Positions 1 to 8,195 of a stretch of 64,000 bases of DNA are shown in pieces. Location of the stretch: the sequence record NC_019411.1. One strand, 5' to 3'. Position 1 is the stretch's first letter, and each line of letters begins with the position of its first letter. The notes below the pieces were generated by a model that saw nothing but the letters and a program-made list of their open reading frames with translations, was not told the origin of the DNA and ran no database searches. The position numbers and the translations under genes are program-made.

Positions 1-630
1 GACGACAGGCTGATCACCTCGGAGATAGAGGGGATGGCGCGGGTGGCCGTCCTTGGACTTCCCAAGGCACTTGACCTCGACCCCGGTGATTTCCGCCTGC
101 TGGACCGCGCCATAATCCTGATCCTTGAACTCTCCATGCACGCCCCAGGCGGCGATCACGTCGGCGCCGGCGGTCATGGCATATTCGAACACGTGCTGGA
201 GGACGCGGGCGTTCATCGGCCCGATCGGGTCCTCGGCCGCCTTCATCGCCGCCGGAGAGGGCGAGCGAAAGGCGAAGAGATTGGCGACGATGATCCCGCC
301 ATAGTCATCCCGACGCGCAAAGCCCATGCAGCGGCGGATCGTCGGATCGTCCAGCCGCGCCGTCGCGGTCGACGGGTTCAGCATCAGGAAGATCAGCAGC
401 GGCTTGCCGGGGTCCCAGACCCGCATGAGGAGGTAGCGGAAGGTCTCGCACCGCGACAGCAGGGCGGCTTTGATCACGCCCTCCTCCACCACCGCGTCGC
501 CGTAGACGTCGGTCAGGTCGGGATCGAACACGGCCTCCAGCGAGGTTCCGTCCAGAACCTGGAGCAGGCCTTTCCAGGTGGCTTCCGCCACGTCGGCGTC
601 GATCTGGAGTGCTGTCGTCATTCCTGACAT
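1..630 (-). CDS. DUF1643 family protein (3' end runs off window)
   Basis: Hand translation: MSGMTTALQ...SRCETFRYLLMRVWDPGKPLLIFLMLNPSTA...DDPTIRRCMGFAR...VANLFAFRS...GHPRHPLY; classic DUF1643 motifs; absent from ORF track because no stop in window. Confidence 0.85.
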   Translation of the reverse strand, partial: MSGMTTALQIDADVAEATWKGLLQVLDGTSLEAVFDPDLTDVYGDAVVEEGVIKAALLSRCETFRYLLMRVWDPGKPLLIFLMLNPSTATARLDDPTIRRCMGFARRDDYGGIIVANLFAFRSPSPAAMKAAEDPIGPMNARVLQHVFEYAMTAGADVIAAWGVHGEFKDQDYGAVQQAEITGVEVKCLGKSKDGHPRHPLYLRGDQPVV

Positions 631-660
631 TTGCCCTGAAACGCCAGGGCCTGTCAACGC
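628..660 (-). promoter_or_regulatory. Sigma70-type promoter P1, probably leaderless
   Basis: TTGACA (652-657) with weak -10 (GCAAAT) ending just before ATG 630/621; follows a terminator. Confidence 0.5.
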
Positions 661-661
661 T

Positions 662-698
662 TGAAATCAAAAGGGCCGCCCCAGCGGGGCGGCCCTTT
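662..698 (-). terminator. Rho-independent terminator
   Basis: Perfect 13-bp IR AAAGGGCCGCCCC-3 nt-GGGGCGGCCCTTT followed on minus strand by TTTTGATTT. Confidence 0.9.
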
Positions 699-919
699 CT
701 CGATCTTGTCGAACTTCGCCGATCCGAAACCGGGGCTTCCCGGCGACCGCCTCGGAGTTCGACCTTGTAGCGCCTCTAACGCTTGCCCCGCATCGCGGCT
801 TGGGAGCACCGAGCCTTGACGCTGATCTAGTGGGCGGCAGGTGATCGCGGCGGTCATTGCCTCCTTCAAGGGCGAGGCCCTCTCATGCCCGCGCAGCTTA
901 GGCGGCGGCGCGGATCACG

Positions 920-1303
920 TCAATCCCCCGGATAGCTGGCGCAGACCTCGCGCAGGATCGAGCGCAGCGGCTCGCCCGGCACCGCCAGGGGCTTGAGCTT
1001 GCGGCTCTCGTCCCAGGCCATGGCGTTGGCGTGCAGGAGCCAGAGGACGAAGGCGCGCAGGTCCTTGGCCCCGTCGGGCAGCGGGATGGCGCGCGCGGTG
1101 GGGACGTGGAAGACTCGCCCATCATCCGTGTACGCGAGAACCTCGTCGAGCACCGTGGCCCGCTTCTTGGCCTCGGCGAGGACAGCGACACCTTTCTGGA
1201 ACTCACTGACCTGGATGAGCGCCCGACGCTCCTTAGGGAAGTGGGTCTTGGTCCACCAGGAGGGCTTGCTGTTTGAGGACACGGTTACGCTCCAGGAGGG
1301 CAC
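920..1303 (-). CDS. Hypothetical protein (start uncertain, possibly GTG 1282)
   Basis: ORF with phage-like codon usage in gene-dense strand. Confidence 0.65.
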   Translation of the reverse strand: MPSWSVTVSSNSKPSWWTKTHFPKERRALIQVSEFQKGVAVLAEAKKRATVLDEVLAYTDDGRVFHVPTARAIPLPDGAKDLRAFVLWLLHANAMAWDESRKLKPLAVPGEPLRSILREVCASYPGD

Positions 1304-1496
1304 GCAGCGAGGGGATGTCGCCGTCCGCCATCTGGTAGAGGCGGACGAACTCGTCGTAGTCGTACTCGTTGATGAGGTCCCGCATCGCCTGCGGGAGCTT
1401 GTCGATGGTCTTGAAGAGCCGGCGCCGATAGCGCTGGGCCTCCATGCGCCGGCGGATGGCGGCGTGGCGCGTCTTGGCCGCCCGAACGCGCCGCAT
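1233..1496 (-). CDS. Hypothetical protein (MRRVRAAK...)
   Basis: ATG overlaps TGA of upstream gene. Confidence 0.7.
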   Translation of the reverse strand: MRRVRAAKTRHAAIRRRMEAQRYRRRLFKTIDKLPQAMRDLINEYDYDEFVRLYQMADGDIPSLRALLERNRVLKQQALLVDQDPLP

Positions 1497-2005
1497 CAGG
1501 CCGCCGGGGCGATCCAGTCCTCGCGGTCGTCGGCGTAGAGCACCGCCGCCAGCTTCCCCGTGCCGATGTCGCACTTGGCCGCCGCCTCGACCGCCTGGGG
1601 CGCGGTGGCCCCCATGTGGAGCGCGCCCAGGGCCGACCACGTGCCCGAGCCGAAGGCGTAGAACGGCGCGCGCATGGTGTAGGCCGGCGCGCCGCTCTCG
1701 AACCGCAGGCAAAGACCATCGGGCAGGATGATGTAGCCGTTGGTCTCCTTGTCCGGCTTCTCGGGGCGCCCCATGTCGCAGTAGGCGTCGCGCCCGCCGC
1801 TGGCCAGCCACTCGTCGAAGGCCGGCGAGCGCACCCAGTCGTTGAAGATTTGGACGTAGGCCGATTCGCCCGCCGCGCCGAACAGCAGCGTGCCGCCAGG
1901 ACCCTTGCGCTTGCCGATCTTCTGGACATTCCCGCAGGGCGTCCAGAGGTCGAGAACCCGAGCATCGGCGGCCAGCACGCCGTCGCGATAGACGATACAC
2001 GTCAT
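1496..2005 (-). CDS. Proteasome beta/HslV-like Ntn-hydrolase peptidase
   Basis: M-T-CIVYRDGVLAAD N-terminus (Thr1), downstream QKI Lys, FGSG...ALGAL..GAT..QAVEAA..CD..TG. Confidence 0.7.
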   Translation of the reverse strand: MTCIVYRDGVLAADARVLDLWTPCGNVQKIGKRKGPGGTLLFGAAGESAYVQIFNDWVRSPAFDEWLASGGRDAYCDMGRPEKPDKETNGYIILPDGLCLRFESGAPAYTMRAPFYAFGSGTWSALGALHMGATAPQAVEAAAKCDIGTGKLAAVLYADDREDWIAPAA

Positions 2006-2035
2006 ACGTCCAAACTCCTCAAAAGCAACTTCAGA

Positions 2036-2728
2036 TCAGCGCGGGGCTTGCGGCAGGCGCTTGGCCGCCGGGTTCCGGGCCGAGCCCGTGGTCGGACCCG
2101 CCAGACGCCCGACCTTCTCGGCCTTGAAGCCCTCGGGGCGCAGGGGCGTGCGCGACTTGCCCGACGCGGCGGACCGCTCCTTGACGAGGTCATCGCCGCC
2201 CTGGGTCTGGGGCGTGGCGCCCTTGATCACGCCGCCCTTGCGGTTGACGTTCGGGGCGTTGACCGACTGGACCTGCCCGTTGGCGCCGGCCGCGATCTGA
2301 CGCGTCGTCAGATCGACCAGGGCGTCGGCGAAGGCCGACAGCAGGGCCAGGGCGGAGTCCTCGACCGGCTTGGCCGAGACGCCGGTGAAGCCGGTGTCCT
2401 CGTGCTTGGCCTTGCCGCTGATCCGCACCGAGATCAGCCGGGTCTTCTTGTTGCGGAACAGGCCCGAGACCTCCTCGCGGGTCGAGACGTCGACGCGGGC
2501 GCCGGGCGCGACCGTTTCCAGAAGGGCCAGGGTCGCGTAGTAGCTGTTGACGAAATTAAGGGCCGCGCCCTTGGGATGGCCGACGGCGGCGGCGATCTTG
2601 GCGAAGCCGTTGTCGATCACGGTGCTGGCGAGGCTGGTCGGATAGGACTCGGTCAGCAGATTGTTGACCTGGGTCTTCAGGGTCTTCAGTTGGTTGATGT
2701 CCAGGGTGAGGGCGCGCTTGGCGACCAT
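2036..2728 (-). CDS. Hypothetical protein, basic C-terminal tail
   Basis: ORF with AGGAGA SD. Confidence 0.8.
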   Translation of the reverse strand: MVAKRALTLDINQLKTLKTQVNNLLTESYPTSLASTVIDNGFAKIAAAVGHPKGAALNFVNSYYATLALLETVAPGARVDVSTREEVSGLFRNKKTRLISVRISGKAKHEDTGFTGVSAKPVEDSALALLSAFADALVDLTTRQIAAGANGQVQSVNAPNVNRKGGVIKGATPQTQGGDDLVKERSAASGKSRTPLRPEGFKAEKVGRLAGPTTGSARNPAAKRLPQAPR

Positions 2729-2738
2729 GGTCTTTCTC

Positions 2739-3275
2739 CTAGTCCTGCTCGTCGATCTGGCGAGCGCGTTGAGTGTTACCGTGGCGATAATCGTTCCAGT
2801 GGTCCATCTTGACGAACTTCCCGCCCACCGTGCGTTGGACGAAAATCCCGTCCGGGGAGACCAGCCCGTATTTCTCGTCCGCCTCGTTGATCATGCGGAA
2901 GAACTCCGCCTGCCAGGGGATCGGCATCTCCTGGAGCGACACGCGCGGCAGGCAGAGCCAGGAGGCGTAGGAGAGCCCGAAGAAGTAGCTCGACGGGGTG
3001 TCATGCAGCGGCACGTCGCCGGCGTAGTGCGTCACGTGCCCGGTCTTAGGATCGCGCGTCGAATGGCTCCAGGCGGCCCAGAGGTCGCGGCGGCTGGCCT
3101 CGGCGTCGGCCTGACCCCGGATGATCGCCTGGACGTCTGGCGTATAGCCCGAGAAGGCGGTGGTGTCGTTCTCGTCCAGGCAGTCGGCCAGGGCCGCGCG
3201 CAAGGCCGATCGCAGCTTGTCCTCGGTCAAGGTCGCGTCGGCGGCGATCTGGGCGATACGGTCGCGGAAGGTCAT
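2739..3275 (-). CDS. Hypothetical protein (MTFRDRIAQ...)
   Basis: ATGA overlap with upstream gene. Confidence 0.75.
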   Translation of the reverse strand: MTFRDRIAQIAADATLTEDKLRSALRAALADCLDENDTTAFSGYTPDVQAIIRGQADAEASRRDLWAAWSHSTRDPKTGHVTHYAGDVPLHDTPSSYFFGLSYASWLCLPRVSLQEMPIPWQAEFFRMINEADEKYGLVSPDGIFVQRTVGGKFVKMDHWNDYRHGNTQRARQIDEQD

Positions 3276-3700
3276 TGGCAGACGTCCTTGGCGTCGCGCG
3301 CGGTCACGGGCGACATGTAGGTGTCGGGGTCCCAGGCGCCGGGCGTGCTGCCGCCATAGACATAGTCGCCCGGCGCGGGCGGCGTCATCGACCCGCCGTT
3401 GCTGGCGACCTTGCCCGGATTGGCGTAGGCCGAGAGCCACAGGCGCCCGTCGCTGCCGCGCAGGACGAATTGGCCGTTCTGGCGGCAGACGCGAGCGATG
3501 GTCATGCGCCATGCGTAGTTGAGCTTGGCCTTCTTGGCGGCCTCGTCCCGCAACCACTGCTCATGCCCCAGACGCGCCCAGCGCGCCTTCTTGGCCACGA
3601 GGTCCTTGTGCTCCTGCGACCAGAGGGGGTGGTTGTACTCGTCGCACGCCGAGAGGCTGATCCCGGCGACGACGAGCAGGAGGAGAGCGCCGCGCCGCAT
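3272..3700 (-). CDS. Putative lipoprotein
   Basis: MRRGALLLLVVAGISLSA-C: signal peptide with lipobox LSAC. Confidence 0.75.
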   Translation of the reverse strand: MRRGALLLLVVAGISLSACDEYNHPLWSQEHKDLVAKKARWARLGHEQWLRDEAAKKAKLNYAWRMTIARVCRQNGQFVLRGSDGRLWLSAYANPGKVASNGGSMTPPAPGDYVYGGSTPGAWDPDTYMSPVTARDAKDVCQ

Positions 3701-5130
3701 CAGGCGATCTCGTAGCCGGCCGCGACCCGCTCGCGGATTTGGTCCAGGGTCGCCGGCTCCAGCACCTTGCCGGTGTTGAAGACCTCGTCCAGCAGGTCGT
3801 GCTCGATGACGTCGCCCTCGTGGACCGTGATGGTCTCGAAGCGGCCGTCCTCGGTCGTCACCAGGGCCAGCTTGCCCTTCTTGGAGACCTTGCCCGGATC
3901 GGTGATCGGGTCCTTGTAGATTTCGACCCACTCGCCGTTGATCTCCTGGGCCGAGGACTTCATCGCCCACTTGTTGGTGTCGCGGTCCAGGTCGCCCGTC
4001 GCCAGACCGCCGCCGGCGGCCGTGATGATGCTGTCGGGCGCGACGCCGATGTTGCGGGCCAGGATGAACGGGTCCATGTGGGTGTTCTCGTTCATGCCGT
4101 CGCCCTGGAGGACCTTGGCGCCCAGGTTCAGCACGTCCAGGCCGTGGCTGTTCTTCTGGGTCCCGAAACCGGCGGCCAGGGTCTGGACGACCGGCGGGAT
4201 GACCTTGAAGAGGTCGCCCGAGTCCGGGCGGCAGACCGGGGTCAGGTTCTTGTTGGCGATCAGTTCCTTGCGCTCGGTCAGCTTGCCGGCGAAGCGGAAG
4301 ATGTCCCAGGTGTCGCCGACCAGCGAGACGATCGAGCCGGGAGGCGCCTTGTTCAGGCAGTGGTCGATATAGTCGTCGTCGTTGTCGCGCCCGAACGCGC
4401 ACGAGATCGAGTGCTCCGAGGCCAGGACCGAATAGCCCGACATCTCGCTGAAGTAGTTGATGTTCGCCGCCCGCACGCCGGGGACGTTGTCCGAGCCCTG
4501 GAAGTGGAAGAGGTGGGCGATGCCGGCCAGAACCGAGTGGTCATAGCCCATGGTCCCGCGCGAGGAGAAGTCGAGGAAGGCGAACGGCGACATCGGGGTG
4601 TCGCTATTGGCTTCCCAGAAGCTCTTGATCCGCGTGGCGATGCCGTTGACGCGCGCGGCGATCGTCGAGGCCGTCCAGACGTCGCGCAGGATCATGGTCT
4701 CGAAGTAGGAGGTCAGCCAGGGCAGGCGCGGGTCGAGGTTCTCGACCGAGATCAGCGCGTTGCGGATCGGGATCATCACGCCCTCGGGCGCGGCCTTGAT
4801 CCGCAGCGGGAGATAGCCGCCGTACTCGTTCAGGATGATCTCCCAGCCGTCGCGGTTGAACGGCAGGCCGTGGGCCGGCACGAACGCGGCCATCTCCTCG
4901 ACGTCGGCGCGGGTGACCGGCTTGCCGAGCTTCTGGAAGAGCAGGCGCTGGAACGCCGCCAGCATCACCTTGGGATAACGCCCGCCCCGGCTCTCGATGT
5001 AGCTGTAGACGGTGGTGCAGCCGTCGCGATAGAGCACCCAGTGCCCCAGCTTGTAGCTGTCGGTGTCGGCGATCAGGTTATAGGTCTCGACGGGCGGCGT
5101 GCCGTCCCAGTTGGCGAGGTCAAAGGCCAT
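3700..5130 (-). CDS. nadV: Nicotinamide phosphoribosyltransferase (Nampt)
   Basis: DTDSYKLGH, DFSSRG, ASEHS, RPDSGD, QGDG motifs; 476 aa. Confidence 0.93.
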   Translation of the reverse strand: MAFDLANWDGTPPVETYNLIADTDSYKLGHWVLYRDGCTTVYSYIESRGGRYPKVMLAAFQRLLFQKLGKPVTRADVEEMAAFVPAHGLPFNRDGWEIILNEYGGYLPLRIKAAPEGVMIPIRNALISVENLDPRLPWLTSYFETMILRDVWTASTIAARVNGIATRIKSFWEANSDTPMSPFAFLDFSSRGTMGYDHSVLAGIAHLFHFQGSDNVPGVRAANINYFSEMSGYSVLASEHSISCAFGRDNDDDYIDHCLNKAPPGSIVSLVGDTWDIFRFAGKLTERKELIANKNLTPVCRPDSGDLFKVIPPVVQTLAAGFGTQKNSHGLDVLNLGAKVLQGDGMNENTHMDPFILARNIGVAPDSIITAAGGGLATGDLDRDTNKWAMKSSAQEINGEWVEIYKDPITDPGKVSKKGKLALVTTEDGRFETITVHEGDVIEHDLLDEVFNTGKVLEPATLDQIRERVAAGYEIA

Positions 5131-5144
5131 GATGAGGTCCCCCT

Positions 5145-6386
5145 TTAAGCGTTGAGGCTGAGCATGCGGTCCACGATGAAGGCGTGGTCCTCGAAGGTGT
5201 CGCCGGGGTCGATCTCCGAGATCGGGTCCCAGTCGGCGGCGGCGGCGTCGTCATGGCCCTGCACGTGCGGCAGACCCAGGCCCAGCGGCGGGGGCGGCAG
5301 GACGAAGTGGTAGGCCGTGGAGATGATGTGGGCGCGGCGCGAGCGGTGCGGGTCGTCGAACACCTGCGGATCGCCGATCTGATAGCGGCGCAGCAGGTGC
5401 ATCGCCTTCAGTACGCAGTCGGGCGCCGGCGGGGCGGCGGACTTGGTCTTCTCGGCCGCCTTGCACGCTTCCAGCCACGCGCGGTACTCCGGCAGATGGG
5501 CGGGCGGGATGAACAGCGCCGTCTCCTCGATCACCTCGCGCAGGCAGTTGTCCATCAGCGAGCGACCGGCGTTGACGAAACCGCCCGGCAGGGCTTTCAT
5601 CCCAAAGCCCTCGGGGCCGCCGCGCCGGATGCGCAGGATGTGGCCGGCGCACTCGACGACCGCGTCCACCGCCAGGAAGGGGCCAGCGCCCCAGCGTTCG
5701 CGATAGGCGTCCTCGGCCTTCTTCTGCGACATCAGATAGGCGTATTCCGGGCGGTCCCGGAACCGTTCCAGGAAATCGATCGTGCTCGGGTAGAGGAGAT
5801 CGGTCCAGGCGTAGCCGTTGTCGCTCCACGAGGTGTCGCGGAAGTTGACGGCGCCGGCGAAATAGGCCTTGCGCAGGGCGGTGGCGTTGACCCCGTTGTC
5901 CTCGACCGGGGTGTAGGGCCATTGCGGGAACCACGTCAGATATTCGCTGGTGGCGTCGCGGATGTTGCCGATCAGGGTGACGCGCGGACGCAGGACCTTG
6001 GAGGCGTTCTTGACGTGCTGCTGGACCTGGGCGATCCACTCGTTCTTCCCGTAGGGGCCGGTGTCATTGAGCGCGATCACCTCGGTGCGGCTCAGGAGGT
6101 CGAGCACGAGGGCGGCGTGATCGTCCACTCGGCTCTCGACGGTCTCGGCCTCGCGGCCGGCGTCGGCCTCTTCCTGGGCCAGATCGCTGAGCCCGTTCAG
6201 GATCATCTCCTGGCGTTCGCGGAAGGTGAAGGGATTGCGGGTGTCGCGGGCGAGATTGGCCGAACCGACGAACCACAGGACCTTGCGGGCCTTGCGGCGC
6301 GCGGCCTGGAAGAGGCGGAAGTGACCCATCCTGGTCACCAACTGCCCCCGCGTGATCAGCACCGCGATGTCGTATTCGAAGTCCAC
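5145..6386 (-). CDS. Bifunctional NMN adenylyltransferase / Nudix ADP-ribose pyrophosphatase (NadM-Nudix)
   Basis: N-terminal TRMGH (HxGH-like), GSAN...RNPFTFRERQEMI; C-terminal Nudix box LPGGFV...NCLREVIEET, R.HIISTAY, DDAAAADW, FEDHAFI. Confidence 0.9.
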   Translation of the reverse strand: MDFEYDIAVLITRGQLVTRMGHFRLFQAARRKARKVLWFVGSANLARDTRNPFTFRERQEMILNGLSDLAQEEADAGREAETVESRVDDHAALVLDLLSRTEVIALNDTGPYGKNEWIAQVQQHVKNASKVLRPRVTLIGNIRDATSEYLTWFPQWPYTPVEDNGVNATALRKAYFAGAVNFRDTSWSDNGYAWTDLLYPSTIDFLERFRDRPEYAYLMSQKKAEDAYRERWGAGPFLAVDAVVECAGHILRIRRGGPEGFGMKALPGGFVNAGRSLMDNCLREVIEETALFIPPAHLPEYRAWLEACKAAEKTKSAAPPAPDCVLKAMHLLRRYQIGDPQVFDDPHRSRRAHIISTAYHFVLPPPPLGLGLPHVQGHDDAAAADWDPISEIDPGDTFEDHAFIVDRMLSLNA

Positions 6387-6814
6387 TATCGCTTACCCCT
6401 CATTCTGAAGCCGGGCCGGATGCGCCGGATCGGCTTGTTCTCGTCCAGGGAGCGACCCCCATAGCCGCTCAACTCGCTGAAACCGTTCATGCGCACCGCG
6501 AACCGGCGCGTCTTGACGGTCAACTGGTCGCGCTCGAAACCGCGCTCGACCAGCGTCAGGTCGATGACGTCGCCGAACACCTCCCCGTGGAAGATGCGCC
6601 GCCGCGCCCAGGCGATCGCCGCCCCGAGGTGCGGAAATTCCCGGTGCCGCTCGGAGTCCCGGATCGAGACGCCGTCGGCATAGCTGGCGTCGACCCAGTC
6701 CAGTTTGACCTCGCGGCGCGGCGCGGTCACCTTCTTGAACTCGATCGGCGGCGACGGTTGGCCCAGGCCACCCGTCTCGATGTCAAAAACCGCGTAGGTG
6801 ATTGTCTCCGTCAT
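6386..6814 (-). CDS. Hypothetical protein
   Basis: ATG 6814 directly after promoter P2; TAG overlaps GTG of NadM-Nudix. Confidence 0.7.
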   Translation of the reverse strand: MTETITYAVFDIETGGLGQPSPPIEFKKVTAPRREVKLDWVDASYADGVSIRDSERHREFPHLGAAIAWARRRIFHGEVFGDVIDLTLVERGFERDQLTVKTRRFAVRMNGFSELSGYGGRSLDENKPIRRIRPGFRMRGKR

Positions 6815-6855
6815 GCCTCGCGACACTACGCTTTGGGTTCTTGTATTGTCAACAC
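6815..6855 (-). promoter_or_regulatory. Promoter P2 (near-leaderless)
   Basis: GTG-TTGACA-18 nt-TAGTGT-8 nt-ATG. Confidence 0.75.
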
Positions 6856-6856
6856 A

Positions 6857-7330
6857 TCACTTCAGGAGCTTGAGGGCCGGGGCGTGATATTTGAACCCCG
6901 CCTCGCTGATCGGCCCCACGCCCACGAAGGTGATGGTCGGCTTGCCGAACACCGTGCGGCCCGCGTCGAGGACGAGGGTCGCGCCGGCATGGTCGCGGAA
7001 CCGCTCATAGAGGGCTTCCAACTCGGCGTTGGTCCCGGCGTGGAGCGCGATCTTCACGGCCGACTGCGAGTAGCGGTATTGCCGCGCGATCCTGGGGAAC
7101 CGCTCCATGGCGTCCCACCACGCATGGAGGTAGGCGTGGCCGGCCTGAGCCGCGAGCTTGCCCAGGTTGAGGGATTTCTCGTCCGGCTTGCGGCGGTTCT
7201 TGGCCACGGTCATCGCGTCGAGCGCTTCCTGGCTCACGACGGCGTAGAGGCGCAGTTCGGCCTTAGGCTTGCCGGCGAAGACCGCCATCAGAGAGTCCCA
7301 GGCGTTGCGCCAAGCGTCGATCACGTTCAT
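6857..7330 (-). CDS. pth2: Peptidyl-tRNA hydrolase type 2 (Pth2) family protein
   Basis: LYAVV...GKLAAQAGHA...KIAL...LVLDAGRTVFGKPTITFVGVGP, hallmark PTH2 motifs. Confidence 0.85.
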   Translation of the reverse strand: MNVIDAWRNAWDSLMAVFAGKPKAELRLYAVVSQEALDAMTVAKNRRKPDEKSLNLGKLAAQAGHAYLHAWWDAMERFPRIARQYRYSQSAVKIALHAGTNAELEALYERFRDHAGATLVLDAGRTVFGKPTITFVGVGPISEAGFKYHAPALKLLK

Positions 7331-7770
7331 GAAAAGCGGCTTTCGTAGGAGGCCTCCAGGGCGATCGCCGCGTCGAAGGCGACGTCGATGAGGTCCTCGT
7401 GCATGAGAACATCGAAGGAGCGGTCGACCCGGAGGGCGAACTGGGCTTCCATCGAGCGGTTGAAGGCCAGGAGGTCCTTGTGGAGCCCTGCCATGCGGTC
7501 CAGGAGCTTGATCGCGTAGACGTCCGGCCCGAAGGTCCCTCGCGTCTGATGCAGGCGCTTCTTGACGTCGTTGATCGTCTCCCAGGACTTGACCTTCAAG
7601 TCCTCCATGAGGTCGGCCTGCTGCTCGACCCGGATCAGGTGACGCAGCAGCCGCCGGAGCCGGGCCTGGATTTGATCAGGCGGGGCCGACGGCGGAGGAG
7701 CGCGACACTCCTCCGCCTCGGTGGCGATCATCTGACGCGCCCGGTTGACGCAGTCGAGGATCGAAGCCAT
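7327..7770 (-). CDS. Hypothetical protein
   Basis: Coupled ORF. Confidence 0.7.
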   Translation of the reverse strand: MASILDCVNRARQMIATEAEECRAPPPSAPPDQIQARLRRLLRHLIRVEQQADLMEDLKVKSWETINDVKKRLHQTRGTFGPDVYAIKLLDRMAGLHKDLLAFNRSMEAQFALRVDRSFDVLMHEDLIDVAFDAAIALEASYESRFS

Positions 7771-8195
7771 CAGCCCTCGGCGGCCGGCGCTTCCGGCTCA
7801 GCGGTGGTCTTGCCCTTGCCCTTGCTCGCCGGCGCGGCCTGGGCTTCTTCCGCCGCCGGCTCGGCGATGGGCGCGGGGGCTTCCACCACCGGTTCGGCGT
7901 CCGCAGCCGCCTCGACCGGCGTGTAGTCGGCCTCGAACGCGGCCGGCTTCAGGATGGCGATCTCGTAGGCGTCCTCGCCGCGCGGGATGCGGACGATGTA
8001 GTCGTCCTGGGTCGCCGAGGCGATCTGGCCGTTGATCGGGACCAGGAGCTTGCCGACGGCGTCCTTGCCGACGTGCATGGTCCCCATGGCGGTGTAGCCC
8101 GAGTGCTGGGTCAGCCACGCCGGCAGGTCTTCCAGGCGCTGGAAGCTGTACTGGACGGCGTCCACGGTCACCGGTTGGCGGATATACTGGGTCAT
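7770..8195 (-). CDS. Conserved phage hypothetical (RQPVTVDAVQY...DDYIVR) with Ala/Glu/Pro-rich tail
   Basis: Resembles common phage KPVVIEA.Q...GDYIV family. Confidence 0.7.
   Translation of the reverse strand: MTQYIRQPVTVDAVQYSFQRLEDLPAWLTQHSGYTAMGTMHVGKDAVGKLLVPINGQIASATQDDYIVRIPRGEDAYEIAILKPAAFEADYTPVEAAADAEPVVEAPAPIAEPAAEEAQAAPASKGKGKTTAEPEAPAAEG

Noticed and set aside
731-792. tRNA/tmRNA-like or group II intron domain V-like signal (GGGGC...GTTCGA...GCCCCGCA; AGCCGCGATGCGGGG)
   Set aside because: No cloverleaf with correct arm lengths, no CCA, and no complementary 3' strand for domain V; kept only as an unidentified structured region.
654-869. 71-aa ORF with AAGGAGG upstream
   Set aside because: Atypical codons (CTA, TTA, CGA, ACT), SD only 2 nt from the in-frame ATG at 857, and it runs through the terminator hairpin; treated as non-coding.
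6386-6814. DEDD exonuclease suggested by VFDIETGG
   Set aside because: No recognisable ExoII/ExoIII motifs downstream; left as hypothetical.
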